NCBI GenBank assembly: GCA_973895155.1
Contig: OZ316897.1
Coordinates: forward strand, 21,365,455 to 21,429,454
Source: Marsupella aquatica
Taxonomy: Eukaryota > Plantae > Marchantiophyta
Length of the DNA: 64,000 nucleotides
Reading direction: 5' to 3'
Below are positions 9,544 through 19,573 of the stretch, piece by piece. A program made the position numbers and the translations under genes. Positions within the stretch are counted from its first letter, which is position 1. Each line of letters opens with the position of its first letter. The notes beneath the pieces are model-generated. The model saw only the letters and a list, made by a program, of their open reading frames with translations, made no database searches and was not told the DNA's origin.

Positions 9544-12536
9544 TTAATTCCTTGCCGATGATCGATGGCGTTGTGGACCCCGTCGGCTCTGCCACAACGC
9601 CTGTAGAAAATCCACTGTCCCTGCTACTGCTCCCCACTTAGCCGTTTCATCCAATTGGTCTACATCCTTTACTTCCTCCGGAATTGCAGCTAAAAAGGTG
9701 GATTCTATTGTAAAGCAGTCCTCGACCTCTTCGTCTTCTTCTTCCAAGTCACCTTCCATTGGTTCTTGCCATAATCCGCTGGGGGGTACCTCTGGTCCAA
9801 AGACACCTTCTTCGGTTAGGTTAGTGAGGCATTCTAACCAACGTACTTCATCAGCTGACTCCAGTCCACTATCGTACCCATCTACTTCCCTTATGCTTTT
9901 CCTACGGTCATCCTTAGTGTCCCAGGATACCGTGATAGAGGGGGTCCCGAAAGTGAACTGCTTTTTACCCCAATCTTCTATTACCTCGGCTAGGTACAGC
10001 CATGGCCTACCAATCAATAGCCGGAAGGACGTAGGATTTACCGGCTTCATTACTACATAGTTAATGCTAAAGAAGATACCTCCTATCTCTGTCTTGATGC
10101 CGGTTAACACTCCCGTCGGAATGACCTGATATCCATTGGCCATGTTCAACACTCTTCCAGTCATCTCCGGTGTTAGACCCCACCCTTTTGCTGTTGAATC
10201 AATCATAATACATACCCCTGATCCTCCATCGATGGGTACCCGTAGTAATAATTCTCCTTGAATCATTAATGGTAATGCTGGGGCTCCTTGATCTTCTTCT
10301 ATCATTAGTACGTCGGATCTGGTTGCTACCTTGGGTAATCTTGGCTTGCCGAGAATAGCCTTCCTTAATTGCTTCCGGAAGTACGGGCTATTTTTCAATA
10401 GTTGACCTACTGTTGCCGAGACTCTAGATTCTAGTACATCTTTAGCCAGGTCATAGGGAACAATCGGCTTCTCTTCTGGTGGTGTTTCCGTCTTGGATTC
10501 GGCCAGTTTTGCTACGCTAGTCTCCACAGCTGTTGGGTCTTCCGAAGCAAACAATGCTTTTGCTCGTTTTACATCCTTGGCAATGGCTTCGGTATTCTCC
10601 AGGGTTTCTAATTCTCTTAGTTGTTCCTTAACACTAGCCGTAACAGAGGGGTAGAACAACTTAGGATGATCTCGATTGAAGTCGCTATCTTGTGAAGGAT
10701 TGGTTTCACTGGTGGGCTCATGGCTTACCTGTATTGCCGGAGCCCTCCCTTCTCCTTCTGTTGATGTTGACGAAGAGTCGATCCTTTCCTCCGTAACCTT
10801 CCCTTTATTTTTGGCCAGCCCATCCCACCTTTCCTTCCTTCTGGTAGATCGAGTAGAGACCCGGTAGCAATCATGATCTAAATCCTCCTTTGAGAAGGTT
10901 GATAGGGCTTCGGCCTCATCATCAGATGGTACGAACTCTGCCTCGGCATCCTCTTGCCATCCTAGTTCGATGTGGTTGATTTGAACTCCTCCGGGGGTAG
11001 TACCTGGCGGTAAGATCTTGATCGGCAAAAGCTTATGATTTGCGGCCAGGCCTGCCAACCAAGTAGGACATTGCCCTAGCATATGACCTTCCTGTCGGCA
11101 TCCCATACATAGCTGAGCTGGTTGTCCATCACCCTGTTTGCGTGCATTCGGGCATTCTCTAGCAAAATGGCCAGGTTGACCACAATTATAGCATGCCGCA
11201 AATCTTTGCACATTCGGCCTAGGAGGTACTGACGGGTTCTGAATAATCCGAGGATACATCTCTCCTGGATTGTTCCTTAACCCTGACCACAGAGATGCAG
11301 GTCTGTTGGATAGGTCTCGTGCTCCAGTCTCACTGATGCCGAAAACACTATCAGCGGCATCTCCCAAAAAGTACTCTACTTCTCCCTGACATGGTCTGAT
11401 CTCGGCCACATGCCGAACATGATTAGTATTAAGCTTAGGACACGCATCTTTATGGTGTCCGGTTTTATAACATAAGGCACACCATACAGAGCTATCCTCC
11501 TGTACTACCTTCTTCTTTGGTTTTACCTCTGCAATGATAGCCTTAAGTTGCTCGGTAAGGGCTACGATGTTATCTGGTGGCTTAGCCTCCATCTTGACTT
11601 TCGTCTTCCCTCTCCTTCTGCCCTTCCTTTTCCTAGTTTTTTCTTCTTCAGAACTAGAAGATGACTCACTCTTGCTACTCCCACTATCCGAGCTTGACTT
11701 ATCACTTCTAGACTTCTGGAATGTTTCTTCTTCTTATCTTTTTTCTTATGGGGTGATCCCTCCTCTGATGAGGAACTCTCAGACTTAAGCTGTTTCTTCC
11801 GGCTTGTGATATCTGCATTAATGTATAATTGAATATCCTTAATTGCTTCGGCTAAAGTCTCCGGGTTCTCCTTCCTAATTGCAAAGCTCATCTTCTGTGG
11901 CAAAGCATTCACCAACCATTGAAGTTGCATACCTTCAGATGCATTGGTCTTTGTACGTCTTACCAGTTTCTGAAAGCGTTGCAAGAACTTCCTGAAGGAT
12001 TTGTTCTCCTTGAACCGAAGTTGTCCCAACTTCAGCACTGCTAGTTCTGAAGTTCCAATGGGTCGAAACTCCTTAACAAAGAGTGTTTTGAAGATATCCC
12101 AGATGGCTTGATCTTCCACATCTAATGCTCTGTACCAAGGCCTAGCCTCACCCTTGAACAGGCCGGGAAGAATCTGCATCTTGATGGCCGATTCTCCATT
12201 TGCTGCAGCGGTTCCCTCGAAATCATCCAACCATTTGTCCGGATCCTCATCTCCTCTCCCATGAAATGCCTTGTAATGTATGCGCGACCGCTGGCTCAAT
12301 CTGGTCCCTGGCCTCTCGTCTGGCCGTGCCTCTGGTTCCCCCATGTCGGTTGGAGACTCACTTCTCCTTACCGACTCTTCTTCTGGTATGTCTTCTTCGA
12401 CGCCACTTCCAGTTTCGGAGCTACCAGCTCTTTCTGCCCCTCTCAGTCGCTGTGTATCATGCCACCCGGCGAGCTGCTGCAGTCGAGCTCTCTCCCGTTG
12501 AATCACTCTTTCTTCCCTCGGCGTAAGGTCAGTCAT
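9544..12536 (-). pseudogene. gag (capsid, three CCHC knuckles) plus aspartic protease, with a 1-bp frameshift near 11720
   Basis: ORF 11562..12536 (FHGRGDEDPDKWLDDF, capsid-like) and ORF 9544..11592 (CALCYKTGHHKDAC, CYNCGQPGHFAREC, CMGCRQEGHMLGQC; protease IDGGSG). Confidence 0.9.
9554..9613 (-). promoter_or_regulatory. Candidate -1 programmed ribosomal frameshift signal between gag-protease and RT
   Basis: In-frame G GAT TTT (9613-9607), 5-nt spacer, perfect 10-bp stem GGCGTTGTGG/CCACAACGCC, and loop GCCGA able to pair with downstream TCGGC. The RT ORF is exactly in the -1 frame. Confidence 0.75.
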
Positions 12537-12583
12537 TACCTACGCTTCCGTTCTAACTTCATATCTCACGGCTTAAGAAATGC

Positions 12584-12601
12584 CCCCTCCATCTAGCGCC
12601 A
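12584..12601 (-). promoter_or_regulatory. Primer binding site (tRNA-Asn-like)
   Basis: Same sequence as 4444-4461, placed between the 5' LTR and gag. Confidence 0.75.
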
Positions 12602-12605
12602 AAAA

Positions 12606-15600
12606 TGTGGTGCGTCCCATGGCTCCCTAAACCCAAGAAACCCCCCAGCTCAAGCCGATTCCCGCAGGTTTCGTGCTTGGCGAGGCCGTTTCCGCGGCTT
12701 AGCGGCATGGGACGCTGCTAACCTTCTACTACTACTATTAACATTTTACACACATATACTGGACAGATCCTTCATCGGGTCATGAGATACGTAGCCGGCC
12801 TAATATAGGCCTTCCCCTGTCTTCCCCTGTCTTCCCCTCCGTCTTGTTAGGTATGTTTGGATTCCGCCGCCGGAATGATCCCCAATAGGCTTGGTTAAGC
12901 CGCTAAGACCTCTCTCAGCTCGACACATCCAACTCTCACTCCCCTGCTTACTTTCCTTCCTTCTGTTGATGTGGGCACTCTTCACACAAGTTAATGCGAC
13001 ACACAAATAGCAAAATGACTCATTCTGACTGAGTCATACCATGCACTTGCCATACAAACAGTACATCTCATACACAAGTTCTGCGAACTAAGCCGTGAGG
13101 CCAACTCTATTCAGCTCTTAGGCATGAGGAAACATGAATATACACAAGGGTCACTGTATGACTAACCGAGAGCTTCTCGTACTACTTGATCCCAGCCCGG
13201 CTGGTGCAAACTAAAAACTTGCTAAAGAAGAGGCCCTGAGCTCCCCGCTGCCCAGGTACTTATCCTGGTAGTGGATCCGCCATTCTTTGCATCGTAAGCC
13301 TAATCTACCTGACAGTAATCTACTTGCCCGAATCTACCTATGTACAGCAAGGCAGGAGCACAAGTGTTGCTCCTACCAGTGGGACCGCAATCCCACTAAG
13401 CTAAGTGTCAGGGCCGCTCCTGGTTCTGATCCTAATCCTAAACGTGGAGATCCGCGCCCGCCCTGCCCACTCACGCCTCCTCCCTCCACGTCCGCCCTCC
13501 CTAAAAGGAACGGCGCCCTTGCACCGTCACGACACCGGTGGTGGATCCTCAATGGACGCCCCCAACACTTCCTCCTCAGCCACTGCCGTTGGCCCGCCTA
13601 CTGACAGATTACCTGCCCTTGACCGAGTCAACTCTCCATCGGCCTGACTGGGTCCACCTTCGGCTTCAGCCTCGACACCGGCCTCGGCAATACCCACGGC
13701 TTCGGCCTCAGCCACTCCCATGGCTTCGGCTTCAGCCACTCCCTCGGCTTCGGCCTCCCCTTCCCCTAGGGTAGTTGGATCCTTAGCCGTGACCCTGTCT
13801 GGGGTCGGTGCTAGGTCTACCTCCTTGATCACCACGGCCTGTGAAGTCGTATTACTCCTTGACCCTGAAGGTTTCCGCTTCTTCTTCGTTGGTGGCTCGG
13901 CAGCTGGTCCCTTCCCCTTCCCACTTACTTCCGGCACTGGTGCAGGTGGCGCGGCTTGTCCTTCGGCAATTACCACCCCTGGTAACTGGTTTGTCCCAAC
14001 GGGAGATGGACCTGCTGCAGCTAAGCATTTAAATACTGCGGCTTGTTTCTTCAGCCGCTCTGTTTGGTTGTCGGCCCGCCGCTGTAGGTTCTCCATCTTC
14101 CTCGTGATTTCCTCCAACTCCTCTTGGGTTTCATCCAGGTCCTTACGTGCCCCCTCCAGCTCGTTTTTGGCCTCCTCCTGCTCCCTGTGGGCTTCCTCCA
14201 ATTCCTTCTTCAAGGTAGCCCTCTCCTCCCGGGTTGCTCTTAGCTCCTTGTCGAGCTCTGCAATGATGACAGACTCCATCTGGTTCATCTTGGCGTAAGT
14301 CTGTTCGAGCATCTCGTCCTTCTCCCTTAGGTCGGCCTTGAAGCTGGCCGTCAGGGACGCAAGCTCCTGCTGCAGCGCCATAATCCCTTGATAGGATTTC
14401 CCTAACTCGACCTCCTTCTGCTCAAGGGCTCCGCGGATTTTCTCGAGCTCCCCTTTCAACGCCCATTCCTTTCTTTGGGTCTCCGCCATGGCCCGACTGT
14501 TGGCTGTTATGTGGGCCTCCTCTGTATTCTTCAGCTCTTGCTTCCACTTCTCCCTCTCTTTGATCGTGTCGGCCAACTCTTCCTGCGTCTGAGTCAGTTT
14601 ATCCTTGATATTCTGATTATCAGCCTGCGCGGTGTCCAACTGCCCCTGCATGATGTTCAGCTCATGTCGTTTAATCCGTAGTTCATCTTGGGCTTTCTTG
14701 GCCGCCCTTAGATTTTCAATCTCGGCTTCCATCCTCCTAAGCCGCCGAATGACCTCGTCCTTCTTGCTTCTCTCTAAAGCCACCGCTTCTTCTAATTGGT
14801 ACTTCTCCAACTGCTCCCTATGGAAAAAGGGTCCTACCTCCAACTCCTCTCCAAAGATGCCGAGCGCAAGTTCCCCACACATCTCACCATACTCCATGGC
14901 TCTATTCTTAGCGTAGGTGGAGTAAGTAGAAGTGATCGGCATCGCCCATCGTGGCCTCTGCTCCCAAGCCGTCCTGCGGATCTCTTCAATCGTGGCTAGA
15001 GGTTTGCTTCCTTTTTCGGCTAGCCGCCTGATGTCCTCCGGCCAATCTCCTCCTGGTAAATCCTTTTCCTTAGCCAGGGCGGCCTCTTCCTCCTGCTTGA
15101 TTCGCTCCTAAAATTCCTGCACCGTCTGTTTTATGCCGTCGAAGCTCGGGGGAGCAACATCTGGTGGGGGAGACTCAAGGCTACTCTGCTGGTTGGGGTC
15201 CCCTCGCACTACCCTTGGAAGTGTGGGGACAAACCGGCCACAGGTCCTTACTCCTGGAACGTGATGGTCCGACCCATAGCCGGAATTATCATGGCTGCAG
15301 TCCTCCACTGCCTCCTCTACCTCTTGGACGTCCGGCTTCTCCCTCTCCTCTTCGTCGGTAGGAGCTTCAGGCAATTCTGCCTCAGATTCGGAGCTTGAGG
15401 TTCCCACGTACATTCGAACACCTGGCTTGGATTCCGGCCTGATTCTCTCCTTGTCTCCAGCAAAGGGGTTTTCTCTTGTGAGCCGGTGTAGGCCTACCTC
15501 TGTAGTAGTGTCCTGCATTGTTGCCATTGCCGTTGTTGTTGTTGTTGCCGATGCCGATTTCTTTTCTTTCTCCAGTAGTTTCAGCAGACTCTGCATGCCT

Positions 15601-17038
15601 GGTTGCTGCATCGGCAAGTCTTCCTTCCTGGGCCTAAACACCTGCTCGATCGTAGGACTAACAGGTGGTTGAGGCTTCTCAGCCAACGGCCTTGGCGTTG
15701 GAGCTTCCTCGGGTGCCCTTACCTGCAGGGGAAGTACCGGGGCAAAAGTCTGTCCTCTGGCATACCGGCACAACAGCGGCATGTGATAGCCAAGCCGCGA
15801 CACGCTCCCCATGCCGATTACCTGCTGCTCCTCCTTTAAGATCTTCTTCAATTGGTTGAGGAGGTACCCGTTGTAGTCCCGGCTTGGGTCTGGTTACCTT
15901 GGGAGTAAGATAGAAATCCTTCCCATATATCCTCGTGCAATTGGTCTCGGGTTCCCATGACCCCACGAATTCTAATAGGTCTGACTCCGGTACCTCCGGC
16001 TTCAGCCATGGTAATCTTACAAAGGCCTCCAAGCCGGATCCAGCCATGAAGCCTTGGTACTTCTTGGTTTGCATGGCCGTAAAGCATGCATCCTCCTCCC
16101 GTGCAAAATGTAGTTGCACCTCCACCGGTAGGGTTGCCGCCCAGCCCTTCCAGGTGTCATCCCTGGTTGGAATGGCCTTGATGGGATCGACCTCCTCCTC
16201 TTCGGCTTCTCCCTGCCTCCTGCTCTGCTGCTCGGTTGGCTTCTTTGGTGCCGCCGACCTCGTTCTTTTTGCCGGGGTGGCTTCATCGTTGACGGCTCCC
16301 TTCCTCTTCATCTCTGCTGCCGTGGAGGTTTCTCCTAGCACCGTTGCCTGGGTCCACCTTTCCGTGCTACCCTTTAATTCCCAGTGTATGTCGTTGCAGT
16401 TCTTGATGGCCTCTCGGATGCCGACGACGCTGTCTTTGCAAAACAGAAGATCATCGAGTTGATTGGAAGTAGGCGTCCACAGGAACTCGTCCTTGATGAG
16501 TTTGCCTCCTAAGAAAGCCGTCTTCTGCAGCTCCCACAATCGAGCGAGCTCCTGCCGTTCTCGAGCTGCCCTTTCTGACTCCTCGTCCTCGTAAGTCTTG
16601 ATGTACTCAGTTGCCCGTTCGAACAGGCATCCCCAGAAATGTGCCGCTTGATTGACGTTGCTCATACCCTCCTTAGGTCGATCGTCGGTATCTACTCTCT
16701 CCCCGAGTGCTTGCCTAAGGAGCTAACAGTAGTTGGCCTCCCGTAGTCATCTGCCTAGTTCGTGCTCGCAAATGAGCCACCATCTCCTGCAAGCGCTCCT
16801 TACCCCTCTCCTCTGCCGGTCCTTCTTCCCGTTGATCCTTCCTAGCCGCCGACGCTTAACGCGCCCTAACCCTAATCGGGTTTTCACCCTCAGCCTTACC
16901 TCCGGCCTCTGCCCGGGTTCCATGGTTGCCCCTAATTGTTTATATTTTCCTTGTTTTGTCACTATACTAAGGTGTTCCTAGGGTGCCTTCCTGCTTTACC
17001 CACTTAACCGGCCGAGTGATTCCTGTCTAGGCATCACA
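12606..17038 (-). mobile_element. 5' LTR copy C (4,433 bp)
   Basis: TG...CA termini, followed by the PBS. Shares the 233-bp net deletion with copy A and has one extra 24-bp unit near 13700-13750. Confidence 0.92.
13527..16923 (-). pseudogene. LTR-encoded long ORF, copy C (stops at 16747 and 15108, plus the deletion frameshift)
   Basis: ORF fragments 16747..16962, 15679..16665, 15108..15851 and 13527..14942 are colinear with copy A. Confidence 0.8.
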
Positions 17039-18096
17039 TTCTCAGGTTGTCTGCCTCTGTTGTATGTGCAGTGTTATGTGATCCAGCCTGGCTAGAAGAA
17101 GCCATGATTGCAGCACTACCTAATCAAAAACACAGTTGCACATCTACCTTCTGTGATATCTTGCAGAGCATATGAATTTGTTTTAGACAACTCCAAAACT
17201 CTTCCATACCATCCTCTAGACTGTCATGTGAAGCAAATGTGTGCACAAGTGAAGAATAGACATACAATTGAGGTACAGTACTCCAACTGAGGTAAAGGCA
17301 GCTCCCACTTTACCCTTCATTGCCAATAGAATAGTACATGCATGCCAACAACAGGTAAACATATGACATATTAGCAATTTGATCAGAAATTATTTACTTG
17401 GGTACGTCACCTAATCTCATTTCATATTAATTGTAAGTGGCAATGGTTATTTGAAGGAGACTTGAATTGTACAAAGCAAAATGTCATAAGTTTACAAGAC
17501 AAAATAAAGGCCTACCTGAACCAGATTTACGCCAAGGGTGTTCACAGTAGTCAGCAATCTCAGACCCTTCAAAACAATGAGTACAATAACAAACATTAAT
17601 CATAATGTCCAACAATCCCCAGCCTCCTTCATATATTCTTTGACTTTTGAATTCATTTGTTGAAATGATCCTCTTCAAACAGGCAGAATGATCACAATGT
17701 TTCATCATCGCCACACAAAACTAGGATACATATGGACAAGGGCCTGAAAGGGTGTCATGTAATATACATAATTTAACATATAGTGTTTTTGTGCAGTAGT
17801 AAGAATGAAATACACACTCAATGTTCAAAATTATAAAAAATAATAAAGTTCAGAGACCCAGGTTGAACTCCTTCTTAAGGCTGTGGGTTTACAAAGGCAG
17901 TACTACAAAACTGGAGACATTAAGTGAAGTTTGCCTTCTTATGGCCAGATCCCTCAAAGAGACAACACAATTTTATAGACCTTGGGTGGATTTTAGGTCT
18001 TGCCTCAGATGTCAGTGTGATGTTTTTTAGTTTTTTGTTATGTAACTCCATTAAGGCTCTTCATATGTTTGCCACACTCTAACAGTCATCATACAA

Positions 18097-18543
18097 TCAG
18101 AATTGATACTGGTCTTTCTCCACTAAGTGCTGCTCTACTCTTGGGCAAACAGTCTCAACTCCTGGTCCCAAGACCGGCTCATCATGGTGAAACATTATAC
18201 AGGCACACCTCCTCTGCACTCTACTGTGTCCATCCCGCCTATATATATCCCCTGGGCGCACTTGACATTTTGGGCAAAGATCCTCACAACTGTGGATACA
18301 GGCAGAGTAGCATATCTGCTCTGGTTGTACCACTCCATTTTTGACTGCCACAATACAAAAACCTATGGGCAAGGGTGGAGCATCTAGAGTAATGGGCCGA
18401 CTGTGCGTGTCTCTCTATACAGGCAAAAACTCCCATTTCACAGCAGAGCTGCCAGGGACCAACCTCATTCCACTCAGCTTCAGGCGTAGCCTCTCAGCTC
18501 TGCCTTCAAGGTCAGCTTCCAAGCTGCTGAGTGTTCTTGGCAT
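18097..18543 (-). pseudogene. Degraded Cys-containing reading frame of unknown product
   Basis: MPRTLSSLEADLEGRAERL... continues through one TAG into ORF 18097..18372 (CIHSCEDLCPKC) and is preceded by an acceptor-like TCACAG. No family recognised. Confidence 0.3.
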
Positions 18544-18874
18544 TACTGTGACAAATACAAAAAGCCAAAATTTTATCCGGGAACCCATGCAAACACTTTA
18601 ACATTCAACCAAATGTTTCATACAATCAGATAGTTTAGTCCATTTGAGTTTAGTCCATAAGACAATTTACCCCATTTCATACAATCTCACAGTTTAGTCC
18701 ATTCAATCCAACTTGACACTTCACTCCATTTTCATCAAACCAAAAGGTCTGGTGTTCCACTGTAGTCCTTTAGTCCATTTTAAAACCTGTATACTTCCAT
18801 AAGTCCTTAGCCCCTTTTATGTTTAGTATACTTTGTACTATGTAGTGTTTCCTACACAATTGAAGGCTTATGGT

Positions 18875-19573
18875 CTATTTGAAATCATGAGGTGGCACAT
18901 CAGAACCCTCTGGAATGACATGGCGATTGCAGTACACCATACGCCATGGACCCATATCCCACATTTCTCTACCCTTCACCCCTCTTTTCAGGTGTTTGTC
19001 TGCCTCTGGTCCCTCATCCTTGCACCATGCACGAGGGCACCTACGGCACTGGATAAATTCCCAGATGCCATCCCAATACTCCTTGCAAACATCACAATAA
19101 TGCCTTGGGCATATCAGAGCAGCGGGATGTGCAATTGGGTTCTTTGGGTACCCTATCAGAGGCAACTCCCTCGCCTTCAGTATAGTCCGTAGACAACCCA
19201 CATGATAAAAGGAATAGCAGTCATCCTGTGCACACTGGACCACAAGGGGCTCATCTGTAGTGGGATTCAAAATTTGGCCAAGCAGCCCACAAGCAAAGCA
19301 ACGACCTCGGTTCTACTGACATAGGTCACAGAGCCACTCCTTGGCCCAATCATGCCCTCTAGAAATGGCAATGCGTGTGCACGCAGGCCCATGGCCATCA
19401 GGTTCCTCAGGATTCTGCCCATCAACTAAGTAATGGAAATGACGACTGCAAGGCCCATCGCAGAACAACACAGTACCTCCCTCATCACATTCAAAACAAC
19501 AAGGGGGATCCATGCGAAGGTGCTCTTTATGGGCAAACTTTGGATCCAGCCAGGCAGCAGCAGCCCGTGCCAT
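18875..19573 (-). pseudogene. EDM2/NSD-type tandem PHD-finger module with an internal stop at 19313-19315
   Basis: Two in-frame ORFs read CFECDEGGTVLFCDGPCSRHFH..WLCDLCQ*NRGRCFACG..VQCAQDDCYSFYHVGC..ICPRHYCDVC..QCRRCPRAW..RMVYCNRH. Cys/His spacing matches the composite PHD region of plant EDM2 as I recall it. Confidence 0.8.

Larger units (their letters stand above)
6371..9613 (-). pseudogene. pol: reverse transcriptase, RNase H and integrase, with one premature stop at 7358-7360
   Basis: ORFs 7358..9637 and 6371..7219 are in the same frame, and CDPC*RAGG is a likely CAA>TAA change. HHCC finger, GIDYIG / SDRGTHF / NGLTERAN (DDE) and WLGPF motifs present. The stop codon lies inside the LTR. 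Confidence 0.95.
4707..17038 (-). mobile_element. Ty3/gypsy non-chromovirus LTR retrotransposon (Athila/Phygy/Selgy-like), 3' LTR truncated
   Basis: Order is LTR-PBS-gag-PR-RT-RH-INT-PPT-LTR. RT motifs YSFMDGYSGYNQI, MPFGLCNAP and FIDD are present. No chromodomain and no additional archaeal-type RNase H seen. Confidence 0.95.

Noticed and set aside
11562-11745. Second programmed -1 frameshift within gag
   Set aside because: I found no in-frame X XXY YYZ heptamer or strong stem. The Ser/Lys-rich protein continues naturally across a single-base loss near 11720, so a mutation is more likely. A family alignment would settle it.
31-17038. DIRS-like element or DNA transposon with long terminal inverted repeats
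   Set aside because: It encodes a DDE integrase and has a PBS and PPT, with no tyrosine recombinase or transposase. The arms include PBS and gag sequence and there is no TSD, so a rearranged pair of LTR elements explains it better.
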